Notes: generated by a model not told the origin, from the sequence alone. DNA of 64,000 nt from Eledone cirrhosa (GCA_964016885.1 OZ024746.1:3348001-3412000), one strand, 5' to 3'; numbered from the stretch's first letter, positions 51,881-64,000 are shown. Numbers and translations: made by a program.

Positions 51881-52294
51881 ATGGGAGGAGCATCAATAAC
51901 TCCTTTAAAAAAAATATTTTACTAGTTTCATGTATTTTATTTTTAACTTTATATTCTATATAATTGTTAACTAATGGCTACCAGCACAACTGACATGTCG
52001 CCTTTAGAAAATAGTGTCTTGATATTTCGTTATAATGAAACAGGTCAGTTCAATAGTCAATGTAAACAACTGAAAAGGCCCCATCTGTGAGCTTAATTTC
52101 ACTAAACTAAGTTGACACGAGGCCGTATATTTATTAGCAACATCATGACATCTTAAAATAGGTGGGTCACATTAAATTGTGTTGTCCTAGATAGTCTATG
52201 TATAAAAAAAAGGAAAACTAGGGATGGTCACGAATGGAACGATTTTAACCCTGAGTCTGCTCAACCAGGGATGACCTTGGGGTAAACAATAACA

Positions 52295-52506
52295 GCTGGG
52301 TTAGCAGAGTCGGTAGAACGTCGGACAGATGTTTAGTATTTATTCTGGCTCTTTACATTCAGAGTTTAAATCTCACCAAGGTCAACTTTACCTTTTATCC
52401 TTTAGGGTTGATAAAATAAAATACCAGTCAAATACTAGGGTCAATTGAATCGACTGTCACCTCCTCCCCTATATTACTGGCCTTGTGCCTAAGGTAGAAA
52501 TCATTA
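52295..52506 (+). mobile_element. tRNA-derived SINE with a Meta-like domain
   Basis: aggtcaactttaccttttatcctttagggttgataaaataaaataccagt...ggccttgtgcctaaggtagaaa. Confidence 0.7.
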
Positions 52507-53271
52507 ACTAGAGGTCAGTTCTGGTTATTAGTTTGCAAATTAGATTCTGATTAAGAAAACTAATTTAAACAAGAGGTTTTCTGATTTAGTAACAGAGTCT
52601 ATAGTTTGTATCAATTCTAAAGATTCCCTTTCCTTCAATATGAGCCTAAAATATTTATCACAGGTGAGTTATACATTCCTGAGGTCATTTTCAATCTAAA
52701 TGAAATTCTTGTTGAGGTTCATCTGGCCAATGTTTATCTCAAGTTTATTGATGTGAAGCAATTGGACAGGATACCAGTCCATCATAGGGCTATCTTCTAG
52801 AAGCTGCTGGTACTCATTTTTAGCTGAATAACAGATGCCATGTAGTCCAAGAACCAAACCCAGAACATTTGACCATAAGTCTAATGCCCTAACCACATGC
52901 TTTCACAAAAAATAAATTACTAAATACCCTCAAATTCGTGAATTTAAAAAAAATGTTTTGAAAACCATCGGCAGTGTTTTTCATTAGAAATATGAAAATG
53001 GTCTAACCCATGCTAGCATGGAAGATGTATGTTAAACGATGATGATGATGAAAGGACTAAAATACAGCCAATTATTTTTTAATACTTGTATGGGTTAGAT
53101 AGGTTTGTAAAGGTGTGCTGATAGAGAATCTAGCTTTATAGTGTAGGTTTTACAACTTAATGTCCCATGTAAGATCAAACAAACCCTGCATACTTTTTTT
53201 CTTTTTAAATTTAACTTGAACCTGTTTAATATTACTGTTTGGGTTTTTATTTTTCTGTTTTCAGTATAGCA

Positions 53272-56200
53272 ATGGTTGTTTCAGCTCTGTTTCGTCAATC
53301 CTTAGCAAGATCCCAACTGCTGTTTCAACCAAATATACATCTTGAAAGACCATTGTTGAACCTTGCAAAATCAGTCCAATGTTTTCTTTTTCAAAAGTAA
53401 GTTGTATATGACATGATTTATTTAGATTTATATTAGTGGTCGTTTTGGTGCCACGGCAGAAAGCATCCAGCCCACACTGTAAAGTCAAGTAGGTGTCACA
53501 ACAAAAAGTACCCAATCCACACTGTAAAGTGGTTATGTTAGTATCACAAAAAAAAGCACCCAGTCCACTCTGTAAAGTGGTCATCTAGGTGTCACGACAA
53601 AAAGCACCCAGTCCACACTGTAAAGTGGTCATCTAGGTGTCACGAAAAAAAGCACCCAGTCCACACTGTAAAGTGGTCATCTAGGTGTCACAACAAAAAG
53701 CACCCAGTCCACACTGTAAAGAGGTCATTTAGGTGTCATTACAAAAAGCACCCAGTCCACGCTGTAAAGTGGTCATCTAGGTGTCACAACAAAAAGCTCC
53801 TAGTCCACACTGTAAAGAGGTCATCTAGGTGTCACGAGAAAAAGCACCCAGTCCACACTGTAAAGTGGTCATCTAAGTGTCACTACAAAAAGCACCCAGT
53901 CCACACTGTAAAGTGGTCATCTAGGTGTCACAACAAAAAGCTCCCAGTCCACACTGTAAAGAGGTCATCTAGGTGTCACGAGAAAAAGCACCCAGTCCAC
54001 ACTGTAAAGTGGTCATCTAGGTGTCACTACAAAAAGCACCCAGTCCACACTGTAAAGTGGTCATCTAGGTGTCACTACAAAAAGCACCCAGTCCACACTG
54101 TAAAGTGGTTGTGTAGGTGTCACAAAAAGCACCCAGTCAATTGTCAAGAAGTATCATAGCCTTATTGGTCCCATGAAAGGTTTCATGTTCATCATTGGGT
54201 CCTTTTTGAAGCAATGTTTTATGGTCAGATGCTTTTCCCGGTGGCAATATTTTTACTTGCCTTTTACGAAACACAAACATGGCATACCTATTCTAAACTG
54301 CATAAAGTGCATTTTCTCTGTCACAGCCTGTATAGTTGTTAATATTTCTTTTTGAAAGGGCGGTGGATTGGCAGTATCGGTAGAGAGTTGGATGCCATGC
54401 TTTGCAGCAAAGAGTTACGGCCCTTTATGATCTGAGTTCAAATCCCGCCGAGGTTAACTTTGCCTTTCATCCTCACGGGGTCGATAAAATAAGGTACCAG
54501 TCATGCACTGGGGTCGATTTAATTGACTTTCCCCTCCCCCAAAATCACTGGCCTTGTGCCTATATGAGAAACCAATATTTCTTTTTGAAAGATGAAAGCT
54601 TAAAATATTCAGTATGTTGGCCCTGTGGGTCACTTTAACTCCTCCAATATCTTCATGACATATGTTATCAGCTAATTTGATTGAATAGACCTAACAAAAA
54701 CAACTATATTATTTAACATTTATATAATTAGCTATATACAGAAACATATATTTTAATCATTAAAATTTCATTTGTCAGTGACTGAAAATTTATTTTTCCA
54801 CTTTTATGTTTTTTTTTTGTAGGAATGACTTTCATGGAAGCCTGACAGCTTTTGGCGTCCGAAAATTCATTGATGCTGGTGTTGACATCAGCAAATATAC
54901 CTTGAAACCAATTCCACTCCCTAAATCTGGTGGCAGAGGACATGATGGTAGTTATCTTTGCTTAAAATGATCCTTATAACTATCATTATGATGGGTTGGA
55001 GAGAAGAAATATATCTCATTTGTCTCTACTTAGTTAACACTCTGTCACTTTCATAACTTGATCCATTAGTTTTATGCCTCAGTAGTGCTCTTTTCTAGAG
55101 CCTCACTTCTTCCTTGTAACAATTTACAATTATACTGCTATGCCAGTTATTGGCTATGTGAACGACTATTTCTGTTCCTACTTCACCAGATGATTTCCGC
55201 ATCTCAGCAACTATCTCTAATTGTCCAACAGCTTTTCTATTTTTCATACCCCTTATTGCTTGTTTCACCCTATAACTATCAACTTTGATAGTCAGTACCT
55301 ATGTTGAGTTTACTGGGGGTAGTTCTTCCACTTCTTCCACACATCCACCAACTCCTCATAACAACATATTCAGGCTTCTTTTTGCTTAGCATCAGTGAAA
55401 CTATGTGCACCAGTGTCATTCCAAACACACTTTTCCCCCAACAATTTGATAATTCTGTCATTTACTCTACCTCACCAACTCTTTCAGCCAACCCTATGGT
55501 GACGTGAATAGACCTGTTTTTTCTGCCACAGCCCAGTCTCTTCTATCTTTCTATTCTTTAATTTCTTATTCTATTTTCTAGCGTCTGAAACGTTAAGACT
55601 CTTTTCCTACTATATCAAGCGTAAAACTAATAATATATTTCTTCATTGGCTTTGCTATTTCTGTTTGCCTTTTGCAAATATATATATATACACACACACA
55701 CATATATATATATGTAGCTTACATAGAGCACTCTCCTTTCCTTTACCTTTGCTACGGAAACACAATATATGTATATATATTTTTATACATGTATATATAT
55801 GTATGTGGTTATGTTTACTGCTACACTGTTTAACAATCCAAATGGTTTATTTATGTCTCATAACTTAACAGGTTAGCAAATAGTTACAGATTGACAAAAT
55901 AAGGACCAGTCTTGAAACTTAAGTACTGGGTCAATAGGATCAACTAAACCCCTTCATTGTGATGCCCCAGTATGTTGAGAGTCAAATGTGTGAAACCAGT
56001 AAAGCAATATATTTATTTGTTTTTAGGTCATATTCAAACTCATGGTGTTGGTGGAGGACACAAACGTAACTACAGGATGATTGACTTCAAGAAAGATGGA
56101 CCGAAGAAGGGACCTCCTCTAGTTGAAGTAGTTAAGTGTGTACGTTATGATCCATGCCGCACTGCTGACATTGCAGTTGTGGCTAGTGGTGAACATAAGC

Positions 56201-58632
56201 GCTACATTATAGCCAGTCAAAATATGAAGGCAGGAGATATGATTAAAACATCAAGGCATATCCCTCGAATGGCAGGTAAGACTGCTTAGTATATTTTATT
56301 TGAATATTATTACTTTATATTTTATATAAGATGGCGAATTGGTAGAGTCAGGTAGAATTCATTTCAGCTCTCAACTGTGCCTTTCTTCCATTCGAGCTAG
56401 ATAAAAGTACCAGTCTAGTACTGGGTTCAATTCTTCCTCTACTATCTCTTTCTCTCAATCACTCTATCCTTTTCTGAAAGAAATCTACTGTATTCAGATT
56501 GGAGAGTATTGGGTTCCGTCAGATTTAAAACATTGCCCAAGAAACACTGTATGTCAATATGGTGCTCTTGCAACTCCCTCACGAGTTATGGGACCATGCA
56601 TACTTACTTTATACAAGGGTTGTGTATTGTCAGAATTGGATAAAATGCCATTGCAATGTTTGTTCTGAGTTCAAATCCTGCCAAAGTCGACTTTGCCTTT
56701 CATCCTTCTGAGGTCGATAAAATTAAGTACCTGTCAAGTACTGGGGTTAATTTAATCAATTTTGCTGGCCTGATGCCTTTTATATATTTTTATTTTTACT
56801 GGTTTTTTTTTCATGTTGGTTTGGGTAGAAATTATATGTAAAGCTAATATTTACATATTGTTAGAACAAGTGTGTTGTAATGCTAACAACACAGTGATGG
56901 ACATTGTCAGAATAATCTACCTTGTACAGAGGAATAAGACAATGACAGCAGTGAGATTTTAACTCTTAACTACTCATAACTAGTCCTAAATAATAGTACT
57001 GAAGTGGAGCCACTGATCTGTCTCACTTTATGTACAGTTGACATTCCACTGAGTGTACAGGAGAGGTTGTCATGTCTGTGACACATCTGAGGGTCCTCCT
57101 GACCCTTTGTTTGGTAACTTTTCTATGGCTGGATGCCCTTTCTATCACCAACCACTTTACAGCATGTACTGGGTGTTTTTATCATTTAGATCACCAACAC
57201 TAGGGTGGCTCTCATGTCATCACCAACCCTTTGTTTGGCAAGCCCTCCATGGCTCAATGCCCTTCCCATCAACCACTTCACAGGAGGTGGGGGGCAGCTT
57301 GTTGAAATAGTGATGTTGGGGTGTGCTTATGGAGCGGGTGTGGGAGTAGGTCAGGTCACATTGTATGTTGCAGGTCTGATCTTCCTTAGCACTGCATAGC
57401 AGCAGCCCTCATGGTCTTTAGTCATTTCTGTTGTGAAGTTAAGTATTTTTAAGGTCTGTCTTCTCATCTCATGTCTTTTGGGTCCCAGCCATTGGGGTTT
57501 CTCTACATTTCTTTATGTAGCTGCTATATACAAACATGGCATATCACTATGGTTGATTAACAGTTGTAGCTGTTAAGCCACCAGATCATCACTGATCCAA
57601 CATATTCCAGCAACAACCATCTTGTTTTTTGTGTCTATGACTACATTTTCTTAATCCTTCTTTTTACTAAGTTATTTGGGTGTAATTTGAAAGAATTTTG
57701 CTGCTGTTTCTGGCAGGTCAATCAACTTTAGTAGTTGTCCTCCAGGTAGAAATATATACTTTTCTATCTGCTGCAGGGAAAAGCGGACGTAAAATGATGA
57801 TGATATGTGTTGTTCTTTAGTTGATTCAGACAATTGATACCTTTCTGTTATGTCTTCCCCAACATTCCAGCAGTAGAATGTGTTTTTTTTTTATCAATGT
57901 CTGAGTTTTAGCTGATTAGATGAATCAAGAATGAAATTAACAAGCTCTAAGTGATGTAGACACAAGTGAATCTAAAAACTCAGTCTCTTGCTGCATGACA
58001 GTGCTGAATATCAATGATGTCTTCCCTGTATAGAGAAGTTGAGTACTTTCCCCTATCCTCAACTGTTTCTGTTTTTCAATATTGCACACAAGTAAATATG
58101 TAAAGTTTAAAAATATTCTCAATCCTGATACTGTAGAAAAAAAAAAAAATGTTAAATCTATGAATATATTTTTTTACTCTATTAAATCCATAATTATTCA
58201 ACTTTTTCTTCTGTTTCAGTGAAGGCAAACGAAGGTGATTCTTATCCTCTTGGGGCACTACCCCTTGGCACTTTGGTTCATAATGTAGAAATTTATGCCA
58301 ATAATTATGGTAAAATGGCACGAGCTGCCGGGACTTCTGCTCAATTGGTCCGGAAAGTTAATAACGAGTGTGTCATCCGTCTACCATCAAAGCGTGAAAT
58401 CAGTGTGTCTAAACATTGTATGGCTACTGTTGGACGAGTTTCTAATGTTGAACACAACAAAGAACACATAGGTTCCCCACAAAGGTCACGCTGGCTTGGA
58501 ATTCGACCACAGAGTGGACTCTGGCATCGTAAGACTGGTTATAATGGTCGGAAAATCAGACCAATTCCTCCATTAAAAACCTACTTAAAGCCCAAACCAT
58601 CAAAAGGTGCCATCCATAAATATTCTTTTTAA
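53272..58632 (+). CDS. MRPL2: 39S mitochondrial ribosomal protein L2 (uL2m), join(53272..53396,54823..54947,56027..56275,58220..58632), 303 aa
   Basis: All introns are GT-AG with consistent phases (2,1,1), total 912 nt. The N-terminus [15 protein letters not shown] resembles a mitochondrial presequence. uL2 motifs: [77 protein letters not shown] at 58639-58644. A possible upstream UTR exon donor lies at 51254. Confidence 0.93.
53435..54140. repeat. 43-bp minisatellite (~16 copies) derived from the SINE subrepeat, in an MRPL2 intron
   Basis: (ggtgtcacaacaaaaagcacccagtccacactgtaaagtggtcatcta)n. Confidence 0.93.
54358..54578 (+). mobile_element. Near-complete tRNA-derived SINE with a Meta-like domain
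   Basis: ggcggtggattggcagtatcggtagag...gagttcaaatcccgccgaggttaactttgcctttcatcctcacggggtcgataaaataaggtaccagt...ttgtgcctatatgagaaacc. Confidence 0.85.
55020..55520 (-). mobile_element. Highly degenerate RTE LINE fragment
   Basis: The minus strand retains [23 protein letters not shown] across frameshifts. Confidence 0.65.
56630..56780 (+). mobile_element. Degenerate Meta-like SINE
   Basis: gagttcaaatcctgccaaagtcgactttgcctttcatccttctgaggtcgataaaattaagtacc. Confidence 0.75.
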
Positions 58633-58743
58633 AATTGTAATAAAGATTTCCTGTTAACGCATATTGAATTTATTAATATTTTTAGTGTGTAATCTTTGTC
58701 CAGCTCTGTTGGAATGCCCAAACTATTATTGAATTGATAGATA

Positions 58744-59078
58744 GAGGCACATGGCTTAGTGGTTAGAGCATTGGCCTTGCAATCGAAAAGTTGTGAGTTC
58801 AATTCTCAGACCGGGTGATCTTCCTTGAGCAAGACACTTTATTTCACATTGCTCCAGTTTACCCAGCTGTAGAAATGAGATGATAGGGACTGGGGTCCCT
58901 ATCATTCCACTGCAAAGTGGTCGTGGAGGTGCCACAGCAACAAAGCACCCAGCACTCACTGTAAATGAGGTTGATGTTAGGAAGGGCATCCAGCTGTAAA
59001 AATCAAGCCAGCATCAGTTCCCGTCCCATCCTTGCAAGCAGGGAAAAAGTGGACGTAAAATGAAATGATGATGATGAT
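58744..59078 (+). mobile_element. tRNA-head SINE with a CORE-like domain and RTE-type tail, between MRPL2 and RTCB
   Basis: A box tggcttagtgg, B box gagttcaattc, ccttgagcaagacactttatttcacattgctccagt, and tail ggaagggcatccagctgta...ggacgtaaaatgaaatgatgatgat. Confidence 0.8.
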
Positions 59079-59480
59079 ACAAGACCTGGGATGAGATAAA
59101 AGCTGATCTCGTCCAATTACACTTCTCAAAGGTGATGACACAAGACCGAGACGTCTGACAGAAGACCCGACTTCCCATGTGTCCAAGCTGAAGTATATAG
59201 ACAATGATATACACACATTAATGACCAGAAATCAAAACTCAGAGATTAATCTAGTTGGAACTTATCTCATCTCTACTGTCTAGTGCTTTCCTTTGTTACC
59301 CAAACTTTATATATAAAAAAAGTAATAATACAAGAAAGTCATTTCGCAAACAGCAGATTTAAAAAATGAAGTTTATTGCTGAAAAATAGGAACAGAGAAA
59401 CCAGGTAGGAAAATGAGTTGATATTAAATAGATTAATACATTTTCTGTAGGCAGTCATATAACATTTTCTTCCTTTCCTA

Positions 59481-62400
59481 TTAACCTTTAATAACTCCAA
59501 TAGGACGCAGTTTGATTGCCTTTTTACTGATACCAGCCTCATGGCCTGAAGGAAACAGAAACATTGAAAGTAGAAAAATTAAAAATAAATAACAAAAAAT
59601 TCCATATAAAACTGATTAGTATTAAAAGGAAATTAATTATATATACTTACAAGTGTTTACAACATCTGTTACATTTTTGTAAGATTTGGGGGCCTGAAAT
59701 GAGTTAATGACACTTATTATAATACATTAATAACTAAATAACTTATATAAGAATAAGTTTAACTAGTTTATATCTATGATGCTAGATCAATAGATTTGAA
59801 TAGCAGAACTATCGATACATTAATTTATTTTATTATAAAAAATATAATAATTCATATTTCTTATTTATATGACTTACTGAGTTGTTAGACTAACAATTTA
59901 ACCCTTTTGTTACCTGAATAAGCATTGTCTCTGATCAAGACGAAGCAAGAGTGTATTTGAATTCATATTAAAATGAAAAAAAAACTCATTACTAGAACAG
60001 TGGTTGGCAGAGAGAGAATCCATGAGGTGGGCGAAAGGCAGACGAAAGATTGAAAGAGGAGGGAGACAAGAAGTGTGTTGGTAGCACCAGGTTACAGACA
60101 GACCACAGTGGGATTTGAACTGAGAAGTACTGTAAAGTGTTTTGTCCAATGCAATAATAATTACACCAATCTCTTGCACTGGACTGGTACTTCATTAACC
60201 TTGAAAGGTAAAGTTGATCTAAGTAGGACTTGAACTGAGATGGCCAGAAGAAACATTGCAAGGTACTTTATGCTACACTTTAATAACTGCCATACATTTT
60301 ATATAGTTCCAAGTCTTCTAATAGTTTTATACACGAACCACATATTAAGTTACTATCATAGTATAGTGAAATAATTAGTAATTTTAGTAAATTCCTCAAA
60401 TTTGTTTTTAAAATTTCAAAGGAAGAAATATAACCCCACTCCAAAAAACTTACCTCTTCCATAACAAGTTTAGGAGAAGCTACTCGTATACTGATTCCTT
60501 GAGCATTTAAGGCTTCTAATACATCCATGTAGTCAAGATTACGGCGGGATTTAGCACGGGAAAGAGCTCGGCCCTAAATTTAGCAAGAAAAGTCTCATAA
60601 GTTTAACAAAAATATCTAAAAAATAATTTCATGTTTAACAATATTTTTTTTCAAAAATGTGGATATTTAACCCATATCCTCTCAAAAACGAACAAAGAAG
60701 ACTCACAGCTCCATGACATGTTGTTCCAAATGTATCTTCCATTCCTTGGTCAGTACCAGTCAGTACATAACTACAAGTTCCCATTGTTCCACCAATCAAA
60801 ACAGGTTGACCAGTTAACTGAAAGATAAAATTAAGATATGTTTTTCTTGAGGACATCAATTTTAATTAATCATGTCGGTGTTTGAGAAACTGTGTCAAAG
60901 CCTGAGTGATTGATTGTACCTGTAATTTAAAGGTCTGGATTTGTTACATATTGTAATCATGTTGATTCTGCCTGAAAATTACAATAAGGATATACATGGA
61001 ATACTCAGCCAGTTACATGTTACTTTATGAGTTGGATATACTGGAGTGCTGAAAAATTCCTGGCTTTGGGTAAAATAAAATACAGGAGGATCAGTTAATT
61101 ATGATTTTATTGAACATATTCCCCTCCCAAATTCACACACTTATTGCAATGGTCCTACCTCCCTTTAAAGGTAACAACCTTTTCATGGTACCTGTCAATC
61201 CAGCAACTTTTCAACACCCTGGTACAGCTGATGACAAAGTACAATATATACAGTATATTATCATCACTGTACACCCCCACCCTCATTCTGTCCATTAAAT
61301 GAAAGAGTGTTTCATTAGAAATATGGTCATGAAATGGTTAAGATAAAATCTGAAAACCTTACTTGGTAGTCCACAGGAATGAGAGGATGGTGTGGAGGAA
61401 ATGCTCGTGTGGAACCCTTTCGATGTACCAACAGGGTCTTCTGCTTGCCATCAATAAAATGTTCTTCTACTTTAGCAATGTTGTGTGAGACATCATAAAT
61501 CACATGCATGTCCAGGTCATCAGGAGTGGTGTTGAAGATCTTGGCAAATGCCTGACCAAATATTAAGGACATTTCAAAAATAACATAAAATAGTATCACA
61601 TACATGTTTATATAAATGTGTGTATAGTGAAAACAAAACAAAAAAGTCAGCGATAGGAAGTTAATTAGTTCATTGAATTATGATGGTTTCAGAGGGTTGA
61701 TTGATAGAGAGAGTGTGAGAGAGGAAGTGAGAACAGAGAATGAGAGAGAGTGGGATTTGAAGGCAGAGAATATCACATGGTAGTACTAAAGTTATATAGT
61801 AACAGTCCCTGAAATGGTAGTACTAAAGTTATATAGTAACAGTCCCTGAAATGGTAGTACTAAAGTTATATAGTAACAGTCCCTGAAATGGTAGTACTAA
61901 AGTTATATAGTAACGGTCCCTGAAATGGTAGTACTAAAGTTATATAGTAACAGTCCCTGAAATGGTAGTACTAAAGTTATATAGTAACAGTCCCTGAAAT
62001 GGTAGTACTAAAGTTATATAGTAACAGTCCCTGAAATGGTAGTACTAAAGTTATATAGTAACTGTACATGAAATGGTAGTACTAAAGTTATATAGTATCT
62101 GTACATGAAATGGTAGTACTAAAGTTATATAGTAACTGTACATGAAATGGTAGTACTAAAGTTATATAGTAACTGTACATGAAATGGTAGTACTAAAGTT
62201 ATATAGTAACATTTCTTACCTGTCTGGTAAGGAATGTCATACTTGTCCGATTGACCCATGCATAGTTTGCTGCAGCAGCCATACTTTTTAGGTAGTCTTG
62301 ACCTTCTTGAGAGTTGATATGTGCACAGGCAAGTTGACGGTCATTTACTTCAATCTTGTCTCGCTTCATTGCTTTCTCCATGGCAACTAAAGCATCTACG

Positions 62401-63568
62401 AAAGAGAAAAAATACATACATTAGTTTCTTTACATTATTACTTCACCCTAAGCTGGTGGATTGGCAGCATCGTGATGAAAGAGTGGTGATGATGATGTAC
62501 TCACCTGTGGCAACTTGGTGGCCCATTCCACGACTACCACTATGAATCATAACACACACCTGTCCTGTGTGATCAATCCCCATCTTTCTGGCAGCATAGT
62601 CATCAAATATTTCATCAACAACCTGAACTTCAGCATAATGATTGCCTGCACCAAGGGTTCCTAACTGGAAATATGAAGAAAAAGACCTTTTGTTTTGTAA
62701 GAGTGTTTGGAGATTGACAGAATTGTCAGGGTATCAGAGAACATTCTAAACAGTCTTGATAACCAACAGTTCATTTATTGAATAAATGAAGTATTTAATA
62801 ATTTATTGCAGTTTAAACTATTTATATTTATAAGCTAAAATATACTTTTTTTAATACAGGTTTTTACTTTGTACATGATGTGCAATACAAGTGAAATAGT
62901 CTACAAATCACTGCTGTAGAGAATTGAACTTAAATGCCTTAAATTATTTACTTGTAGTTGTTTAGAACCTAAGTATTCCAAATATGACCATCCCATCTTT
63001 TTTTCAGGCAAATAACTTCATGACAGATTTTGAATATTACAAATATTACCAAAGAATGAAGAATCTGAAGATTCTGATAGACTGTAGAAGAGTTATAGAG
63101 AAACCTTAGAATGTTGACAGCCTGAAGATGGAGGTGGTGGCAGATGAGAACATGAAACTGAGACAGAAAAATATGAAGAGAAGAAAAGTTTAAAACTGTA
63201 AACATGTTTGGTGCTAGGAAGAGCATCCAGCTGTAAAAAAAACCCAGTCAAAATGCAGTTCTGTTTGAGCAAGGTATGGCACGACCAACTGGCCAGACTT
63301 GTATCACAATGTGGACGACTCATCTAACCCATGGAAAAATAGACGTTAAATGATGATGATGATATAGAGAAGATAAACAAATGAAGTGGTAGAAGTAATA
63401 GTTTGCTTGTTGTACTAAGACACTAATAGTACTTTTGTAGCTTATTTCAGAGATTCTTTACCTGGGGAAGTCCTCTTTTTTTGGCTCGGCTACTAACTTT
63501 AGAAGGATCAGCCTGTAACATGCGCCCATATTCTTCACAATGCTCTTTGTCTTCAGCCCAAGAGTAAC
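59481..63568 (-). CDS. RTCB: RNA-splicing ligase RtcB homologue, 5'-partial: complement(join(59481..59545,59651..59693,60454..60573,60707..60817,61363..61551,62220..62395,62505..62664,63462..63568))
   Basis: GT-AG introns with consistent phases give [22 protein letters not shown]...[14 protein letters not shown]...[18 protein letters not shown]...YDVSHNIAK...HRKGSTRAF...GTTCHGAGRALSR...[35 protein letters not shown]. The metal-binding and guanylylated histidine motifs are intact. A poly(A) signal lies at 59372-59377 (minus). Upstream exons are beyond the window. Confidence 0.96.
61041..61222. mobile_element. Mariner-like MITE, copy 3 (degenerate)
   Basis: gtgctgaaaaattcctggctttgggtaaaataaaatacaggaggatcagttaattatg matches the copies at 5825 and 12171. 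Confidence 0.75.
61778..62211. repeat. 37-bp minisatellite (~12 copies) in an RTCB intron
   Basis: (gaaatggtagtactaaagttatatagtaac[agtccct|tgtacat])n. Confidence 0.95.
63195..63363 (+). mobile_element. RTE-tail SINE fragment
   Basis: ggtgctaggaagagcatccagctgtaaaa...ccatggaaaaatagacgttaaatgatgatgat. Confidence 0.7.
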
Positions 63569-63661
63569 CTAAGGAGAATAAATACATACTAACAATCATT
63601 CCAGATTACATGCAAGTTCTATATTAAAAGTTGTTGATAATAATTACAATTTGTGGTAGCA

Positions 63662-64000
63662 GATGCAGGTGTGAATGGCCTGACCTGCAACTGCCACCAC
63701 TGAGAAAAACATCTTGTTCACCAGATGGTGATGGATGCAGGTGTGAATGGCCTGACTTGCAACTGCCACCACTGAGAAAAACATCTTGTTCACCAGATGG
63801 TGATGGATGCAGGTGTGAATGGCCTGACCTGCAACTGCCACCACTGAGAAAAACATCTTGTTCACCAGATGGTGATGGATGCAGGTGTGAATGGCCTGAC
63901 CTGCAACTGCCACCACTGAGAAAAACATCTTGTTCACCAGATGGTGATGGATGCAGGTGTGAATGGCCTGACCTGCAACTGCCACCACTGAGAAAAACAT
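63662..64000. repeat. 72-bp minisatellite (at least 4.7 copies, runs off the window) in an RTCB intron
   Basis: (gatgcaggtgtgaatggcctgacctgcaactgccaccactgagaaaaacatcttgttcaccagatggtgatg)n. Confidence 0.93.

Noticed and set aside
48167-53584. Cys-rich repetitive ORFs (TTLQCGLG...) at 48167-48448 and 53261-53584
   Set aside because: They are antisense translations of the 43-bp SINE subrepeat.
54358-54460. tRNA genes at the SINE heads (also 44372 and 58744)
   Set aside because: They have A/B boxes but no complete cloverleaf, and they continue into SINE body and tail.
61778-62211. CRISPR-like 37-bp repeat
   Set aside because: The variable part is only 7 bp with two main states, so it is an ordinary minisatellite.
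59481-63568. Bacterial-style rtcB RNA-repair or defence locus beside reverse transcriptases
   Set aside because: RTCB here is a spliced metazoan housekeeping gene, and the RT fragments are dead LINEs with no linkage evidence.

Overview
AT-rich, intron-rich eukaryotic genomic DNA. The (AT)n load, RTE LINEs and SINE types suggest a coleoid cephalopod such as Octopus; this is inferred and not checked against a database. Three protein-coding genes can be built by hand. (1) A KCTD6/KCTD21-like BTB/POZ gene on the minus strand, with one coding exon at 26405-27127 and probable 5'-UTR exons near 41961-42031 and from 46490 upward. (2) A complete 4-coding-exon mitochondrial ribosomal protein L2 gene (MRPL2, plus strand, 53272-58632, 303 aa). 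(3) The last 8 coding exons of the RNA ligase RTCB (minus strand, 59481-63568), convergent with MRPL2. Most other sequence is repeat: a ~12.9 kb interrupted (AT)n array, a ~9 kb 36/38-bp satellite, several minisatellites, dead RTE LINEs, tRNA-derived SINEs, TTAA- and TA-flanked MITEs, a non-autonomous Helitron and several long palindromes. I found no prokaryote-type system such as CRISPR, an operon or a defence island. The most unusual items are the 9 kb satellite built from a piggyBac-like MITE terminus, palindromic elements lodged in (TA)n tracts, a decayed PHD finger inside an RTE ORF, and a uORF-rich leader predicted for the KCTD gene. Repeat boundaries were read by eye and may be off by a few bases.
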